From the NCBI GenBank assembly GCA_000004695.1, contig CM000155.2:576001-640000 (forward strand): a stretch of 64,000 bases of DNA, read 5' to 3'. The first letter of the stretch is position 1. Each line of letters begins with the position of its first letter. The notes under the pieces were generated by a model. That model saw nothing but the letters and a program-made list of their open reading frames with translations. It did not search any database and was not told where the DNA came from. Source of the DNA: Dictyostelium discoideum. Lineage: Eukaryota. Both the position numbers and the translations under genes were made by a program. Shown here piece after piece: positions 1-10,812 of this stretch.

Positions 1-255
1 GGTCTAAAATTAATTTATGAAAATAGAATAACAAGCAATTGGTATTATTGTTATCAAGATGATGAATCTTATATTGGTTCAATCATTGCATTTATTGGTA
101 ATTTCATTAAAAACGCAATTAATGGAGATAAGAATAGAGTTGATTCAATATTCAATGATTTCGAACAACGTCTACATTTAAAATATAAATCAAATCCAAA
201 AGATTTCCAATTTCATGTTAGTAGTTTATATTTATCATTTTTAAAAGAAAATTGA
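1..255 (+). CDS. 3' end (partial CDS, runs in from left edge) of a SAM-dependent methyltransferase-like gene; upstream member of a tandem paralog pair
   Basis: Frame 1 is open from position 1 to TGA at 253..255 (GLKLIYENRITSNWYYCYQDDESYIGS...FQFHVSSLYLSFLKEN*). Nucleotides 1..275 are about 85-90% identical to 1275..1523, the 3' end of the downstream copy. Confidence 0.4.
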   Translation, partial: GLKLIYENRITSNWYYCYQDDESYIGSIIAFIGNFIKNAINGDKNRVDSIFNDFEQRLHLKYKSNPKDFQFHVSSLYLSFLKEN

Positions 256-490
256 ATAAATTTTATATATTGATAAATAAAATTAAATATTTAAATTGAA
301 TACTTACTAGAATTTATGTTATTAAAAAAATCGATTCTTTTTAAAAAACTGAGTAGAATTTGAAAGCATCAATTTTTAGAAAGCATTGATTTTTTTAAAA
401 ATTTAAAAGAATTTTTTTCTTTTTATTTGTTTTTAAATTAAAATTATTTGTTTTTAAGTTTTTTTTTTAAAAAAAAAAAAGATTACTAAA

Positions 491-1523
491 ATGGATAATA
501 ATTATAATAAATATTGTTCAGGACAATTAAAAATAATTTCAGATTTTGATAAAATTCAAGAAATATTTGGAATTGTTTTAAAAAATCATGCCAATAATCA
601 AGGTACAAAGGATATTAAAAATTTTAGAATTTTAGATAATGGTTGTTCACATGGTAAAAATTCAATAATTGTCTTAAAACCATTAATTGAACAAATTAGA
701 AATAAATGGAAGCCAAATGAAAAAGTAATTGAAATATTTCATTCAGATTAATCTGTAAATGATTTTTCAAAATTATTTAATGAAGTTTATCATTTAAATT
801 CATATTCTAATAAAATCAATAACACTTTTACGTATGGTATTGGTAATGGATTTGAAAATCAAATAGTGCCAGATAATTCAATTGATTTTATATTTTCATT
901 TACAACTTTTCATTGGGTACCATTTATAAATCGTTTGAAGGTTCATTATATAATATTGATTTTTCAGATCGTTTACCCGGTTTAGAAAATTATTATAAAG
1001 AACGACTATTAAATGTATTGAATAATCGATATAATGAATTAAAAGTCGGTGGTATTTTTTCATTTAATATTTTAATTCAAGATAATCAAGGTAGTGAAAA
1101 TGAAGAAAAAAGTAAATCAGGTTATTGTATGATAAAAGCTAATCAAATTCTAAGAGAAATGAGTTATGAATCAATTATATCAAGAGAAGAAGTTGAAAAT
1201 ATGATTATTCCAATCGTACATTTAACTAGAGATGAATATCAATATGCAATTGATAAATCAACAAATAATACTGGTCTAAAATTAATATATGAAAATAAAA
1301 TTACAATTGGTCTGATACTCATCAAGATGATGAATCTTATATTGGCTCAATTATTTCAATTATTGGTAATTCTATTAAAAGTTCAATTAATGGTGATACC
1401 AGTAGAGTTGATTCAATATTCAATGATTTTAAACAACGTCTTCATTTAAAATATAAATTAAATCCAAATGATTTCCAATTTCATGTTTGTAATTTATATT
1501 TATCATTTTTAAAAGAAAATTAA
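491..1523 (+). pseudogene. SAM-dependent methyltransferase-like gene (SABATH/carboxyl-MT-like motifs), tandem duplicate, broken by at least 3 frameshifts
   Basis: ORF fragments 491..751 and 913..1449 plus a third-frame C-terminus to 1523. Motifs include FRILDNGCSHGKNS (like SABATH DLGCSSGPNT), HSD|LSVNDF, and SIDFIFSFTTFHW (like SSYSLHWLS). The frame is lost near 750, near 912, and near 1310 (a deletion relative to the copy at 1..255). Sequencing error cannot be excluded. Confidence 0.4.
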
Positions 1524-1636
1524 ACTTTATTAAAAAAAAAAAAAAAAAAAGATAAAATAAATAAAATAAAAAAAAGTGATATAATAAGAATTTTATTTAA
1601 TTCAATTTTAAGGTTTATCCAAATTGAAAAAAGTAA

Positions 1637-3628
1637 TTAGTTATCTTCATCTTCCTCTTCTTCATCTTCTTCATCTTCATTATTATTTTGTTCAGTATCA
1701 CTACCCATTAAATCAGAAAATCTTGAAGATTTATCTTTTTTTTGTTGTTTTGATTTTCTAGCTTTTTTAAAAGCTTGAGTTTCATGTAAAATTTCATTAA
1801 TTGATTCTTGTTCTTGTTTTTTCTTTTCTTCTTGTTTTTTTAATTGAATTTCAATTGAAGATTGTTTTGGTTGTTGTTTTTGTAATAATTTATCAGCTTC
1901 TTGTTGTTCTAATTTTCTTTTTTTTTCATTAATTGCATCTTGTCTTTCTTTTGCATCTTTTTCTTTTTTTAATTTAATTTTATTAACTTTTTCTAATCTT
2001 TGTTTTTCTTTTTTCTTTTCTTTATAGGCGATTTTTAAGATTTGATCTTTTGTATAACCACTTGTCCACTCTGCAATTAAAGTTTTATCACGAATTTCAG
2101 GCATTCTTGGTAAGTAAAGTAAACCAAAACCTGTTGCTAATAAACCAATATTTAAACGATGAAATACAAATATATAAGGACAAAGATGTTCTTTATAACC
2201 ACGTACATGCGATACCATTGCAATTACACCCTTTTCCATAATTTCACGATCGTTGAATGATATTTTTTTAATTTCTGGTAGGACGTTTGTAACGTTTTCA
2301 GCTTTCACCATCTCTACCAATGGTACTTTTTTAATTTTTAAAAATTCAATATAGGAATCTTCTTCTGGTGAAAGGAAAATCAAAGCATTACCATCACGAC
2401 CCATACGAGCAGTTCTACCAATACGATGAACAAATGCTTTTGGATCTTGTGGAGAATCATATTGAAGTACCCAATCAACATTTGGAATATCTAAACCACG
2501 AGCAGCCAAATCAGTTGATAATAAACAACCATTGGTAGCTTGAGAGAATGAATCGAAAACTTTAATACGTTGACTGTGTGGTGCTTTACCATGTAATGAA
2601 AAGAATGGTTTCCCACTCAATACTTTAACCGATTGAAGTATCTTAAAGAAATAATCAACAGTTGAACAAGTTAGGAAATAAATTATAATTTTATTCTTAT
2701 CAATATGATTTAATAAAAAGTGAACCAATTGATTCAATCTCTCTTCAACAGGTACAATCATATATCTATTATCCAATGTGGTTGGAATTGATTGATCTTC
2801 ATGAGTTTCAATATGTTTAACTGATACTGAAACTTTGAATGGATTACGCATACCAGTTCTTGCCAATTCTTTAACTTCCGATGTTTGAGTTGCTGAAAAT
2901 AATCCAGTTCTACGTTGTTTTGGTAATTTCAATAAAATTGAATTAATTGGTAAATGAAAACCCATATCCAATAATCTATCTGCTTCATCTAAAATTAACA
3001 TTTCAAATTCTTTAAATTTAAATTGTTGATCATTCCTTACAACTCTTGTTAAAAATTCATCAGTTCTACCTGGTGTACCAATTAAAATATTACCACCATA
3101 ATTTTTATAATTAACTAAATCTTGATAAATATCTGTACCACCAATTAATAATAAACTTGAAATTTCAATTTTTTTTTTTTTTTTTTTTTTTTCAATTTCT
3201 TCTTCTTCTTTTTCATTTTCTTCTTCTTCTTGTTCTTCTAATAATTCATCTTCTAAAGTTTTAATATTTTCTAAATCATTTTGGTCATCAATTCTATTTA
3301 AATCATTTAAAAATTCTAATAAAACTTGTTGGATTTGAATTGCTAATTCACGAGTTGGTGAAATAATAATTGATGCTATATCTGTTTTCTTTAGATTGGT
3401 TTCTCTTTTTAAAATTTTTTCAATAATTGGAATTACAAATGCTAATGTTTTACCTGACCCTGTACATGCTTCAACTAATACATCTTTATTTGACATAAAT
3501 AATGGTATAACTGCTGATTGAACTGGCGACATTGATTTAAATCCTAATCTATTAATTGTATTTAATGTACTATCACTTAATTTATTTTCAAGTTTATTCC
3601 AACCACCTGTATCAACTTTACTTGTCAT
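1637..3628 (-). CDS. ddx55: DEAD-box ATP-dependent RNA helicase, DDX55/Spb4 ortholog
   Basis: 663-aa ORF. Q-motif GFKSMSPVQSAVIPLF, motif I ACTGSGKTLAF, SPTRELA, DEAD box LILDEADRLLDMGF, SAT, HRIGRTAR. Long stretches align by eye to human DDX55 (TPVQSATIPLFMRNKDV..., LPKQRRTGLFSATQT, NQLVHFL...). Lys/Glu-rich C-terminal tail. Confidence 0.85.
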   Translation of the reverse strand: MTSKVDTGGWNKLENKLSDSTLNTINRLGFKSMSPVQSAVIPLFMSNKDVLVEACTGSGKTLAFVIPIIEKILKRETNLKKTDIASIIISPTRELAIQIQQVLLEFLNDLNRIDDQNDLENIKTLEDELLEEQEEEENEKEEEEIEKKKKKKKIEISSLLLIGGTDIYQDLVNYKNYGGNILIGTPGRTDEFLTRVVRNDQQFKFKEFEMLILDEADRLLDMGFHLPINSILLKLPKQRRTGLFSATQTSEVKELARTGMRNPFKVSVSVKHIETHEDQSIPTTLDNRYMIVPVEERLNQLVHFLLNHIDKNKIIIYFLTCSTVDYFFKILQSVKVLSGKPFFSLHGKAPHSQRIKVFDSFSQATNGCLLSTDLAARGLDIPNVDWVLQYDSPQDPKAFVHRIGRTARMGRDGNALIFLSPEEDSYIEFLKIKKVPLVEMVKAENVTNVLPEIKKISFNDREIMEKGVIAMVSHVRGYKEHLCPYIFVFHRLNIGLLATGFGLLYLPRMPEIRDKTLIAEWTSGYTKDQILKIAYKEKKKEKQRLEKVNKIKLKKEKDAKERQDAINEKKRKLEQQEADKLLQKQQPKQSSIEIQLKKQEEKKKQEQESINEILHETQAFKKARKSKQQKKDKSSRFSDLMGSDTEQNNNEDEEDEEEEDEDN

Positions 3629-3699
3629 TTTTTAATTTTTTTTTAATTTTTAATTTATATTCTATTTTTAATTATATTATTTCTTATTTAGAAAATTAG

Positions 3700-3740
<41 letters not shown>

Positions 3741-4024
3741 GAAATAAAAAAAATAAAAATAAAAATAAAAATAAAAACCAATTAAAATTTCATCGTTTTC
3801 GGTTTTTTAAGATTTTGCTTTTTATTTTTATTTTTATTTTTTTTTTTTTTTTTATTTTTTTTTGAGAAATTTTTAATATTTACACTCTGATTTCATTTTT
3901 TTTTTTTTAAACCCCACTTTTAGCAATTTTTTTTGAAAAAAAAAAAAAACTATCATTTATTGTTTTTCTTTTTATTATTACATCGGTGGAGAGTATATTT
4001 TTAAAAACCAATATACAAAATCTG

Positions 4025-6109
4025 ATGACAAATTTAAAAAATAAAAAAATTGAAAATTCAAGTATAGAGGTTGATAACAATAATAATAATAATAATAATA
4101 ACAATAATAAAAATCAAAATAATAAAAAAAGAACATTAGAAATATCCTATACAAATAAATTTCAATTTTTAGATAGTTCAGATAGTGGTGGTGAAAGTGA
4201 TACAGATAAAGAAATGAATAGAGTTTCATTAAAAAAAAAAAAGAAATCATCACCAATTTCAAATAAATTAAGTCAAGATTTAAAGAAAAAAGAACAAAAA
4301 TTTAAAACTACAAATGATACAGTAACTGATTATAACACCAACAATGGTGGTGGTGGTGTAGGTAGTAATGGTGAAATTCAAAAACCAACATTTTCAATTA
4401 ATCGTAATAATTGTACAATTAAAGATATTCAAGATTATATAGTTTGGTTAATGTTAAGATTTAAAGTACCAACACCAAATTGGATTTTCACAGCAATGTC
4501 ACCATTAATTAAAAAAGTTGTAGTAGTATCAATTCAAGGCATTAGTTCGTTGATGCACGATAAATTATCATTGTTATCTGGTAAAGATCATTTATTCTCT
4601 CAAGTATTTGAAGCTAAAAACAAAGTTGAATTACAATTTCCAAATTATAATCATATCTTTGAATCACTATTAAATGTCAAAACTTGTAAAGTTCAAAAAA
4701 TTGATACTTGTGAAAAAATGAGAAAAGAAATTGAACCAATATCATTCTATCTATTAGATGATCAACAATTAGTTGAAAATGGTTATTTTACTATAAAAGA
4801 TTTAAAAGATGGTTGGGTATATAGTAATCAAGTTAAACAAATTTTAAATTTAATAAAACCATCTAATGATGATGATAATAATAATAATAATCAAGAAGAA
4901 GATAATGGAGCATCATCACCAACAACAACCACAGTTAATAGTGATGATGATAATAATGATAATAATAATAATTTAATAAATAAATTAAATTTAAAAGTTA
5001 AAGAAATGTTAGCAATTGATTGTGAAATGTGTAGAACAGAGGGTGGTCAATTAGAATTAACAAGAATTAGTATTGTAAATGAACAAAAAAAAGTAGTATT
5101 GAATGAATTAGTATTACCAGAGAAACCAATTATAGATTATTTAACGCAGTACAGTGGTATTACAGCAGATACATTAAAGAATGTTACAAATCGTTTATCG
5201 GATATTCATGCGAAACTTGAGAAATTGGTTGGAGTTGATACTGTATTGATTGGACATTCCTTGGAGAACGATTTGAAAGCAATGAAATTCATACATCGTA
5301 AAATCATTGACACATCTATACTCTATCCAACAGGATCCAGTGGTAAATTCTCATTGAAATATTTAACAAAGAAATATTTAAATCGTATCATTCAATCTAC
5401 TAAACATGGTAAACTTGGTCATGACTCAATTGAGGATGCACGTGCTGCAATGGATTTAGCTCAATTGAAAATTCAAAAAGGTAAAAGTTTTGGAACTAGA
5501 TTGGCATCAATGGAGAATTTATTCGATAAAATTAATAAACATGAAAAGAAATCAAGTTTCATCGATAGATTAGAAGATATTAAAACTTTTACTTCTCAAG
5601 TGGTATCTTGCTTCAATTGTGAAAATGATAATGAAGTAATTGAAAAAATAATTAAACAATCCTCAAATTCCTCTTCTTCAGATTTAATCTTTTCACAATT
5701 AACTTCATTATCTGATCATTTTAAAAGTTTACTACCAAAACAATTTTCAATTACAAATCCTGAAGAAAATAAATTAACTACTACTACAACCACAACTACT
5801 ACTACTATTACTAATCCAATTGAAACTATTATTGATTCACCATTATTAACTGAAAAAGAAATTAAAGAAATTCATTCACTTGATAGTATTGAAATTAATA
5901 CAACAGTTAAACAAATAGTTCGTCAAATGGAATTACAAATAAAGAATGTTTATGATAAATTACAAGAGAATTCAATGTTATTATTAATTTTAGGTCCTGG
6001 TCCATTAAATGATATTATTCGTTTCCAAGGTGATGGTAATAAACAAAAAGATTATTATTTATCAGTTGATACTGCAAAAGAAGGTGTGGCATTTTTAGCA
6101 TTAAAATAA
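4025..6109 (+). CDS. RNA exonuclease 1 (REX1/REXO1-like) DEDDh 3'-5' exonuclease with Asn-rich N-terminal region
   Basis: The ORF track entry 3986..6109 begins at a GTG. The first in-frame ATG is 4025. Exonuclease motifs are LAIDCEMCRT (Exo I, DxE), LIGHSLENDLKAM (Exo II) and HDSIEDARAAMDL (Exo III, H-x4-D). Confidence 0.7.
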   Translation: MTNLKNKKIENSSIEVDNNNNNNNNNNNKNQNNKKRTLEISYTNKFQFLDSSDSGGESDTDKEMNRVSLKKKKKSSPISNKLSQDLKKKEQKFKTTNDTVTDYNTNNGGGGVGSNGEIQKPTFSINRNNCTIKDIQDYIVWLMLRFKVPTPNWIFTAMSPLIKKVVVVSIQGISSLMHDKLSLLSGKDHLFSQVFEAKNKVELQFPNYNHIFESLLNVKTCKVQKIDTCEKMRKEIEPISFYLLDDQQLVENGYFTIKDLKDGWVYSNQVKQILNLIKPSNDDDNNNNNQEEDNGASSPTTTTVNSDDDNNDNNNNLINKLNLKVKEMLAIDCEMCRTEGGQLELTRISIVNEQKKVVLNELVLPEKPIIDYLTQYSGITADTLKNVTNRLSDIHAKLEKLVGVDTVLIGHSLENDLKAMKFIHRKIIDTSILYPTGSSGKFSLKYLTKKYLNRIIQSTKHGKLGHDSIEDARAAMDLAQLKIQKGKSFGTRLASMENLFDKINKHEKKSSFIDRLEDIKTFTSQVVSCFNCENDNEVIEKIIKQSSNSSSSDLIFSQLTSLSDHFKSLLPKQFSITNPEENKLTTTTTTTTTTITNPIETIIDSPLLTEKEIKEIHSLDSIEINTTVKQIVRQMELQIKNVYDKLQENSMLLLILGPGPLNDIIRFQGDGNKQKDYYLSVDTAKEGVAFLALK

Positions 6110-6225
6110 ATAAATAATAATAAATAAATAAAAAAACAAATAATAATAATAAAACAAAAACAAAAACAAAAACAACAAATAATTTTATAATTTAAAATTT
6201 TTATTTTATTTTTTATTTTTATTTT

Positions 6226-6829
6226 TTATTTATTTAAAATTAAACCATTATTAATATCAATTGTATAATTTACTTTATTGGTTGAAGAATCATCACCAAT
6301 TGGTGATAATTCACAAGTTAGTTTTAATAGATAATCATTTTCAAGAATGATTGATTGACAGCTTGGTTGAATGAAATCACTTGATTTAATTAACCCTGTT
6401 TTAACATGCATTATATCATAGTTTCCATTAATTCCATTATATAAAAATAAATATTGATCATTTGTAACTGGTGAATTAAAATGAACGATTTTTGTCCAAT
6501 TATCATTTGTTGAATATTTATATATACTTTGATCTTCACATATTAATTCATTATATCCACTTGGTTCTCTATAATAATATTTAAAATTACAACCATCATA
6601 TTTTGGTGATACATAACTTAGTGATTCTAAAATTATAAAAATAAAAAAATAAAAAAATAAAAAAATAAATAAAAAATGTTATATAAATAAATAATTAATT
6701 TGTTTGTTTTTTTTTTCTAAATAATTATTTTTTGGATACATATATTATTAATTATTAAATTTAATAATACTTACTACTAAATAAAATAAAAAATATTGAA
6801 AATATAATTAAACTTAAAATAATCTTCAT
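6226..6829 (-). CDS. small secreted protein (~151 aa), 2 exons: 6775..6829 (signal peptide) and 6226..6626
   Basis: Exon 1 (ATG at 6829..6827) encodes MKIILSLIIFSIFFILFS and ends at a consensus GTAAGT donor. An AT-rich ~148-nt intron ends in TTAG. Exon 2 is phase-compatible and is open, in the same frame as ORF 6226..6411, up to the acceptor. Confidence 0.5.
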
Positions 6830-6874
6830 TTTTATTTTTTTATTTTTTTAAATTTTTATTTTTTTTAAATTTTT

Positions 6875-6882
<8 letters not shown>

Positions 6883-6914
<32 letters not shown>
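6883..6914. repeat. (TA)n microsatellite
   Basis: direct read. Confidence 0.9.
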
Positions 6915-6918
<4 letters not shown>

Positions 6919-7520
6919 AAATAATTTAGTGATAAGAGTTTTATTTTAATTTTTTTAATAAAAAAAATAAAATAAAGAAATTTTAATATTTGATCATTCC
7001 ATTGTTTTTTTTTTTTTATTTTTTTTAATTTTTTAAAAAAAAATAAATAAAACAATAATAATAAAAATTAATAATTGTTTTAAAAAATTTAATTAAATTT
7101 TAGCATTTGTAAAAATTAAAATACAAATAATTATAAGGTGTGTTGTATGTGTGTGAATTAAAATTGTATGTTTTATTATTTAAAAATTAATTTTTTTTGA
7201 TTTATTAGTGTGTGGTTAGTTTTTTTTTTTTTTTTTTTTTTTTTGTAGTCTGTCTTTTTTTTGATTTTTTTTTTTTTTTAAATGTGACTTTTATAAAAAT
7301 AGTGACTATTAATTTATAATACAACCCTTTTAAGGTATTACTTTTTTATAATTATTATTATCTATTTATCTTATATAAAAAAAAAAAAAAAATTTAGAAA
7401 TTATTTTATTTTTTTTTAATTGTTAACTGTAATACTGAACTGTAATATGCATATTAACTTCAATAATTTAATCATTATCGTTTTGATATTTTTTTTTAAA
7501 AAAAAAAATTAAATAATAAG

Positions 7521-7584
<64 letters not shown>
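7521..7584. repeat. poly(A) tract, ~64 nt
   Basis: direct read. Confidence 0.9.
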
Positions 7585-7591
<7 letters not shown>

Positions 7592-7709
7592 CAAAAATAT
7601 TATATTTATAAAAACCCTAACGGTCAATCTATTTATTTATATTTTTATTTGTTTATTTATTTATATATTTATTTATATATTTATCTATTTATTTATTATT
7701 TATTTATTA

Positions 7710-8099
7710 TTAATTTTGTTTACTTAAAAATTGAGATGATAAATTAAGAGTACAATCTTGGTAATCTAAATTTACTAAACATTGAACAATACAACTAGCA
7801 TCAGTACCACATTCTTCACGACAAACTTGTAAAATGAGTGAGCAACTGGTTTTTAAATTTGGATTTGAATTTAATTGATTTGATTTTTCTTCATGGAAAT
7901 TATTATTTATTGTACAATGTGCATAATCTAAATTTACTAAGCAAGTTGTAAAACAATTTGAATTATTGCCACACATTCTTTCGCATGCATCGAAAATTTG
8001 TTGACAACTTGTTGAAGAAACAATACCATTATTAATATTAATAATATTAAAAATTAATAAAGTAATAAGTAATTTAGATAAAATTTTAACAATATTCAT
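7710..8099 (-). CDS. small secreted cysteine-rich protein with an internally duplicated 6-Cys module
   Basis: 129-aa ORF with a hydrophobic N-terminal signal-like segment. Two ~33-aa repeats share the spacing C-x5-C-x3-C-x5-C-x3-C-x7-C (SCQQIFDACERMCGNNSNCFTTCLVNLDYAHCT / SCSLILQVCREECGTDASCIVQCLVNLDYQDCT). Confidence 0.55.
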   Translation of the reverse strand: MNIVKILSKLLITLLIFNIININNGIVSSTSCQQIFDACERMCGNNSNCFTTCLVNLDYAHCTINNNFHEEKSNQLNSNPNLKTSCSLILQVCREECGTDASCIVQCLVNLDYQDCTLNLSSQFLSKQN

Positions 8100-8707
8100 T
8101 TTTTTTTATTTCTTTTTTTATTTATTGTATAATATTTTTCGAAAAATGAATTTTTTTTTTTTTTTTTTTCCTTTAAATACCCATTTAAATTTTTTTAAAT
8201 TTAATTTTTTAATTAATTTTTTTTTTAAAAATCTAAGTTGAACTTAAAAAAAAAAAAAGAAATTAAAAAAAAAAATTTCCTTACTTTTAAAAAAATAAAC
8301 TTTTTTAAAAATATAAACATTTCCATACAAGTGGAAATTTTTTTTTTTACTTCAACAATTCAATTGATTTTTACCTCTACTTTTCTTTGTCTCTAAATGT
8401 AAGATAATTGTTTTTTACCTATTTTAGAAATCCCAAAATGATTTTTATTTTTTTATTTTTTTTACTATTATTATCAAAAAATAAATGAAAAAAAAAATAT
8501 GAAAAAAAAAAATAATAATAATTAAAATTGGTTTTGGATTTCAAAATTCACATAATCAAATTCAAAGAAAATTAGAAAATTAGTATTTTTTTCTAAAAAA
8601 AAAAAAAAAATTCTAAAAAAAAAAAAAAATGAATCATTCACACAAAACTATTATTTTATGACTATTATTTAATATGTTTATATTTGTATATATAAATTTA
8701 TAACAAA

Positions 8708-9955
8708 ATGAATATTAATAGTAGTAGTAACGTAGAAGAATATCAATTAATTTATAAATTATATAAACTTGTATTTAGTAATATAGTATTGTCAAGATTA
8801 ATATTTGATTATGCAGCATTATATGAAAAGAATGATTATGTAGAATTTTATAGTATAAATATGTTGAGAAATTATCCAGAAAGAGAATATATAAGATCAT
8901 TATATTATTGCGATGAAGATCATATTTTAGAAATTGGTGATTTACCAATTGGTGGTGTATTAAAATTAGCAAGTATAGGGCACAGAGAAACCTTAATCAA
9001 AGGTGATACAATCCCATATGGAGTCGAAAAATTAAGATACAATTACGAAGAACATAATTCAACAGAAACTCCATTTCAAACATTACCAACAACCCTTCAC
9101 ACAATTAAAAATGCAAAAGTTGATTGTAAAAAAAGTCAAACTAATTTAATACCACCAAATATTACATCCCTTAAATTCTGTGGTTCTCCAAGTATATCAG
9201 ATATCAATCGTGATGGTGATGGTCGTGATGGTCGTGATGGTCGTGATGGTGGAGGTGGTGGTGATGGTGATGGTGATGGTGGTGGATATATTAAAATTCC
9301 AAATACTATTAAACATTTAGAATTCCATAAAAATTGGGATAATGATGGGAAAGTGTTGGGAAAAGGTGATATACCGGAGGGTGTAACTTGTTTAGATTTG
9401 GGTTTATACAAGTTAGAATTTAATCAAGGTGTTTTACCTGAAAGTTTAACAAAGTTAATGATTCGTTCTTATGATGAAACAAATGATAAGAATAATCAAA
9501 TATTGGATGATAATTTTCCAAAAAATATAAAAGATGTTACTATATTTAAATGTAAATTAAATATATCACCAAGTTTGAATTTATTTAAATTGAGTTCAAT
9601 TAAAATTTTACATATTATATTAGATTCTAAATTTAAAATTGAGGCAAATTCATTACCTTCAAGTTTAACAAATTTAAAAATTTCAACATATCAAAAATCT
9701 TTTACTGAAAATGTATTTCCAAATGGGTTACTTTCATTATCAATTAATCAAATTATTGAACAAGAAGGAGTATTACCTGAATCATTAACAAATTTAAATT
9801 TATCAGATTGCAATATTACAATAAAACAAGATAACTTAAATAAAATGATATCAATATTACCAGCTTCAATAAATTCATTAATATTACCCTCAAGATTTAA
9901 AAATTTAAAAATTAATAACATTAAATCTCCAACAATTAATTTAAAATATTATTAA
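8708..9955 (+). CDS. FNIP-repeat protein with a (GDGRDG)n Gly/Asp-rich insert
   Basis: Repeated FNQGVLPESLTKL / EQEGVLPESLTNL / IPEGVTCLDL motifs are typical of the Dictyostelium FNIP repeat. GDGRDGRDGRDGGGGGDGDGDGG tract in the middle. Confidence 0.7.
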   Translation: MNINSSSNVEEYQLIYKLYKLVFSNIVLSRLIFDYAALYEKNDYVEFYSINMLRNYPEREYIRSLYYCDEDHILEIGDLPIGGVLKLASIGHRETLIKGDTIPYGVEKLRYNYEEHNSTETPFQTLPTTLHTIKNAKVDCKKSQTNLIPPNITSLKFCGSPSISDINRDGDGRDGRDGRDGGGGGDGDGDGGGYIKIPNTIKHLEFHKNWDNDGKVLGKGDIPEGVTCLDLGLYKLEFNQGVLPESLTKLMIRSYDETNDKNNQILDDNFPKNIKDVTIFKCKLNISPSLNLFKLSSIKILHIILDSKFKIEANSLPSSLTNLKISTYQKSFTENVFPNGLLSLSINQIIEQEGVLPESLTNLNLSDCNITIKQDNLNKMISILPASINSLILPSRFKNLKINNIKSPTINLKYY

Positions 9956-10136
9956 ATAAATAAAATGTCTTATTACTACAAATAAATCAATTATTATTAT
10001 TTTTATTAATTTGACAGCATCGATTGAAAGGAGACTCGAAAAATTCTATATTTGAGTTTCAGTTATGGCTGAATTTCCATTTTTATCAAGATTTTCCGAA
10101 TGGGTAGTAGCTAATTTTTTTGAAAAATATCGATTA

Positions 10137-10210
10137 GTTCGGATGGTGTAGTCGGTTATCACGAATCCTTAACACGGATTAGGTCGTGGGTTCGATTCCC
10201 GCTCTGAATA
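10137..10210 (+). tRNA. tRNA-Val (anticodon AAC)
   Basis: Cloverleaf folded by hand. Acceptor GTTCGGA/TCTGAAT (2 G.U pairs), D arm GTGT-AGTCGGTTA-TCAC, anticodon stem AATCC/GGATT with loop TTAACAC, variable loop AGGTC, T arm GTGGG-TTCGATT-CCCGC. It closely follows the human tRNA-Val-AAC layout. A T6 Pol III terminator lies 10 nt downstream. Confidence 0.85.
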
Positions 10211-10242
10211 CAACTAGCTTTTTTGGGTGATTTCACATATCA

Positions 10243-10300
10243 CAGGTTCGATTCCTAACACCGCTTTTAGGTAAAAAAAAAAAAACAGGTTCGATTCCTG
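10243..10300 (+). promoter_or_regulatory. two external B-box (ex-B) elements downstream of tRNA-Val
   Basis: GGTTCGATTCC occurs at 10245..10255 and 10288..10298, 35 and 78 nt past the tRNA 3' end. The second copy, ACAGG-TTCGATT-CCTGT, is a perfect T-arm mimic. Confidence 0.55.
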
Positions 10301-10812
10301 TGGATAAATTAATTAATAAATAAAGGAAAAAAAATTAATATTATATTGTTTGAAGTAAATATTCAGTTTTTGGAATGTTTGGATTTGAATTTAAAATATA
10401 TATATCTAAATAAATTAATTATTATTTTAATTATTATTATAATTATTGTTAACTTAAAAGCATGAAGAAACTTGAATTGGATTCCTGAATAGATTCATCA
10501 ATATCTAAAAAACAAAAAGAATCTTTAATTCCAAATCTCCTCCGACCTATCAATTACATTTTGATTTGATTTATTTACATTATTTTTTATTTTAAAATTG
10601 TTTTGTTATTTATATAGAATTCTAAGAAAAATAAATCTTTTTTTTTTTTTCTATTACATTTTTATATAGCTATTGTGTAGTATTGACAAAAAAAAAAAAA
10701 AAAACAATAATAGTAATAAAAATCTAAATCAATAGTATTTAATTTATTTATTTTCAAAAACTAAACTATTCTTTATTTGATAATTCAAATTAAAAAATAG
10801 GATAAACACTTA

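Noticed and set aside
2050-2241. Short ORFs antisense to or embedded in confirmed genes (2050..2241, 8775..8972, 9136..9411, 13095..13325, 19009..19242, 20584..20772, 24645..24842, 25290..25571, 26578..26799, 27727..27909, 31195..32247, 33325..34026, 34158..34937, 35800..36233, 36574..37117)
   Set aside because: They lie wholly inside longer, homology-supported ORFs on the opposite strand or another frame. Their composition mirrors the sense strand, and none has a recognizable motif.
3986-4024. ORF-track start positions at GTG/TTG (e.g. 3986, 913, 47112)
   Set aside because: The track reports alternative start codons as M. Real starts were reassigned to the first in-frame ATG or to spliced upstream exons where homology demanded it.
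3907-4262. ORFs 3907..4104(-), 3978..4262(-), 6840..7055(-), 14075..14444(-), 16425..16643(+), 17785..17982(+), 28974..29478(-), 30006..30191(+), 43740..44020, 48281..48493(-), 56245..57161(-), 57249..58386, 60323..60535(-)
   Set aside because: These are translations of A/T homopolymers, (TA)n or (TTTTTA)n tracts in intergenic DNA (Phe/Lys/Ile/Tyr-rich). They have no coding potential distinguishable from the AT-rich background, and several run through N gaps.
10430-10520. GGATTCCTGAA near 10490 as a third B-box-like element
   Set aside because: It lacks the GGTTCGANTCC core (no TCGA). Likely chance.
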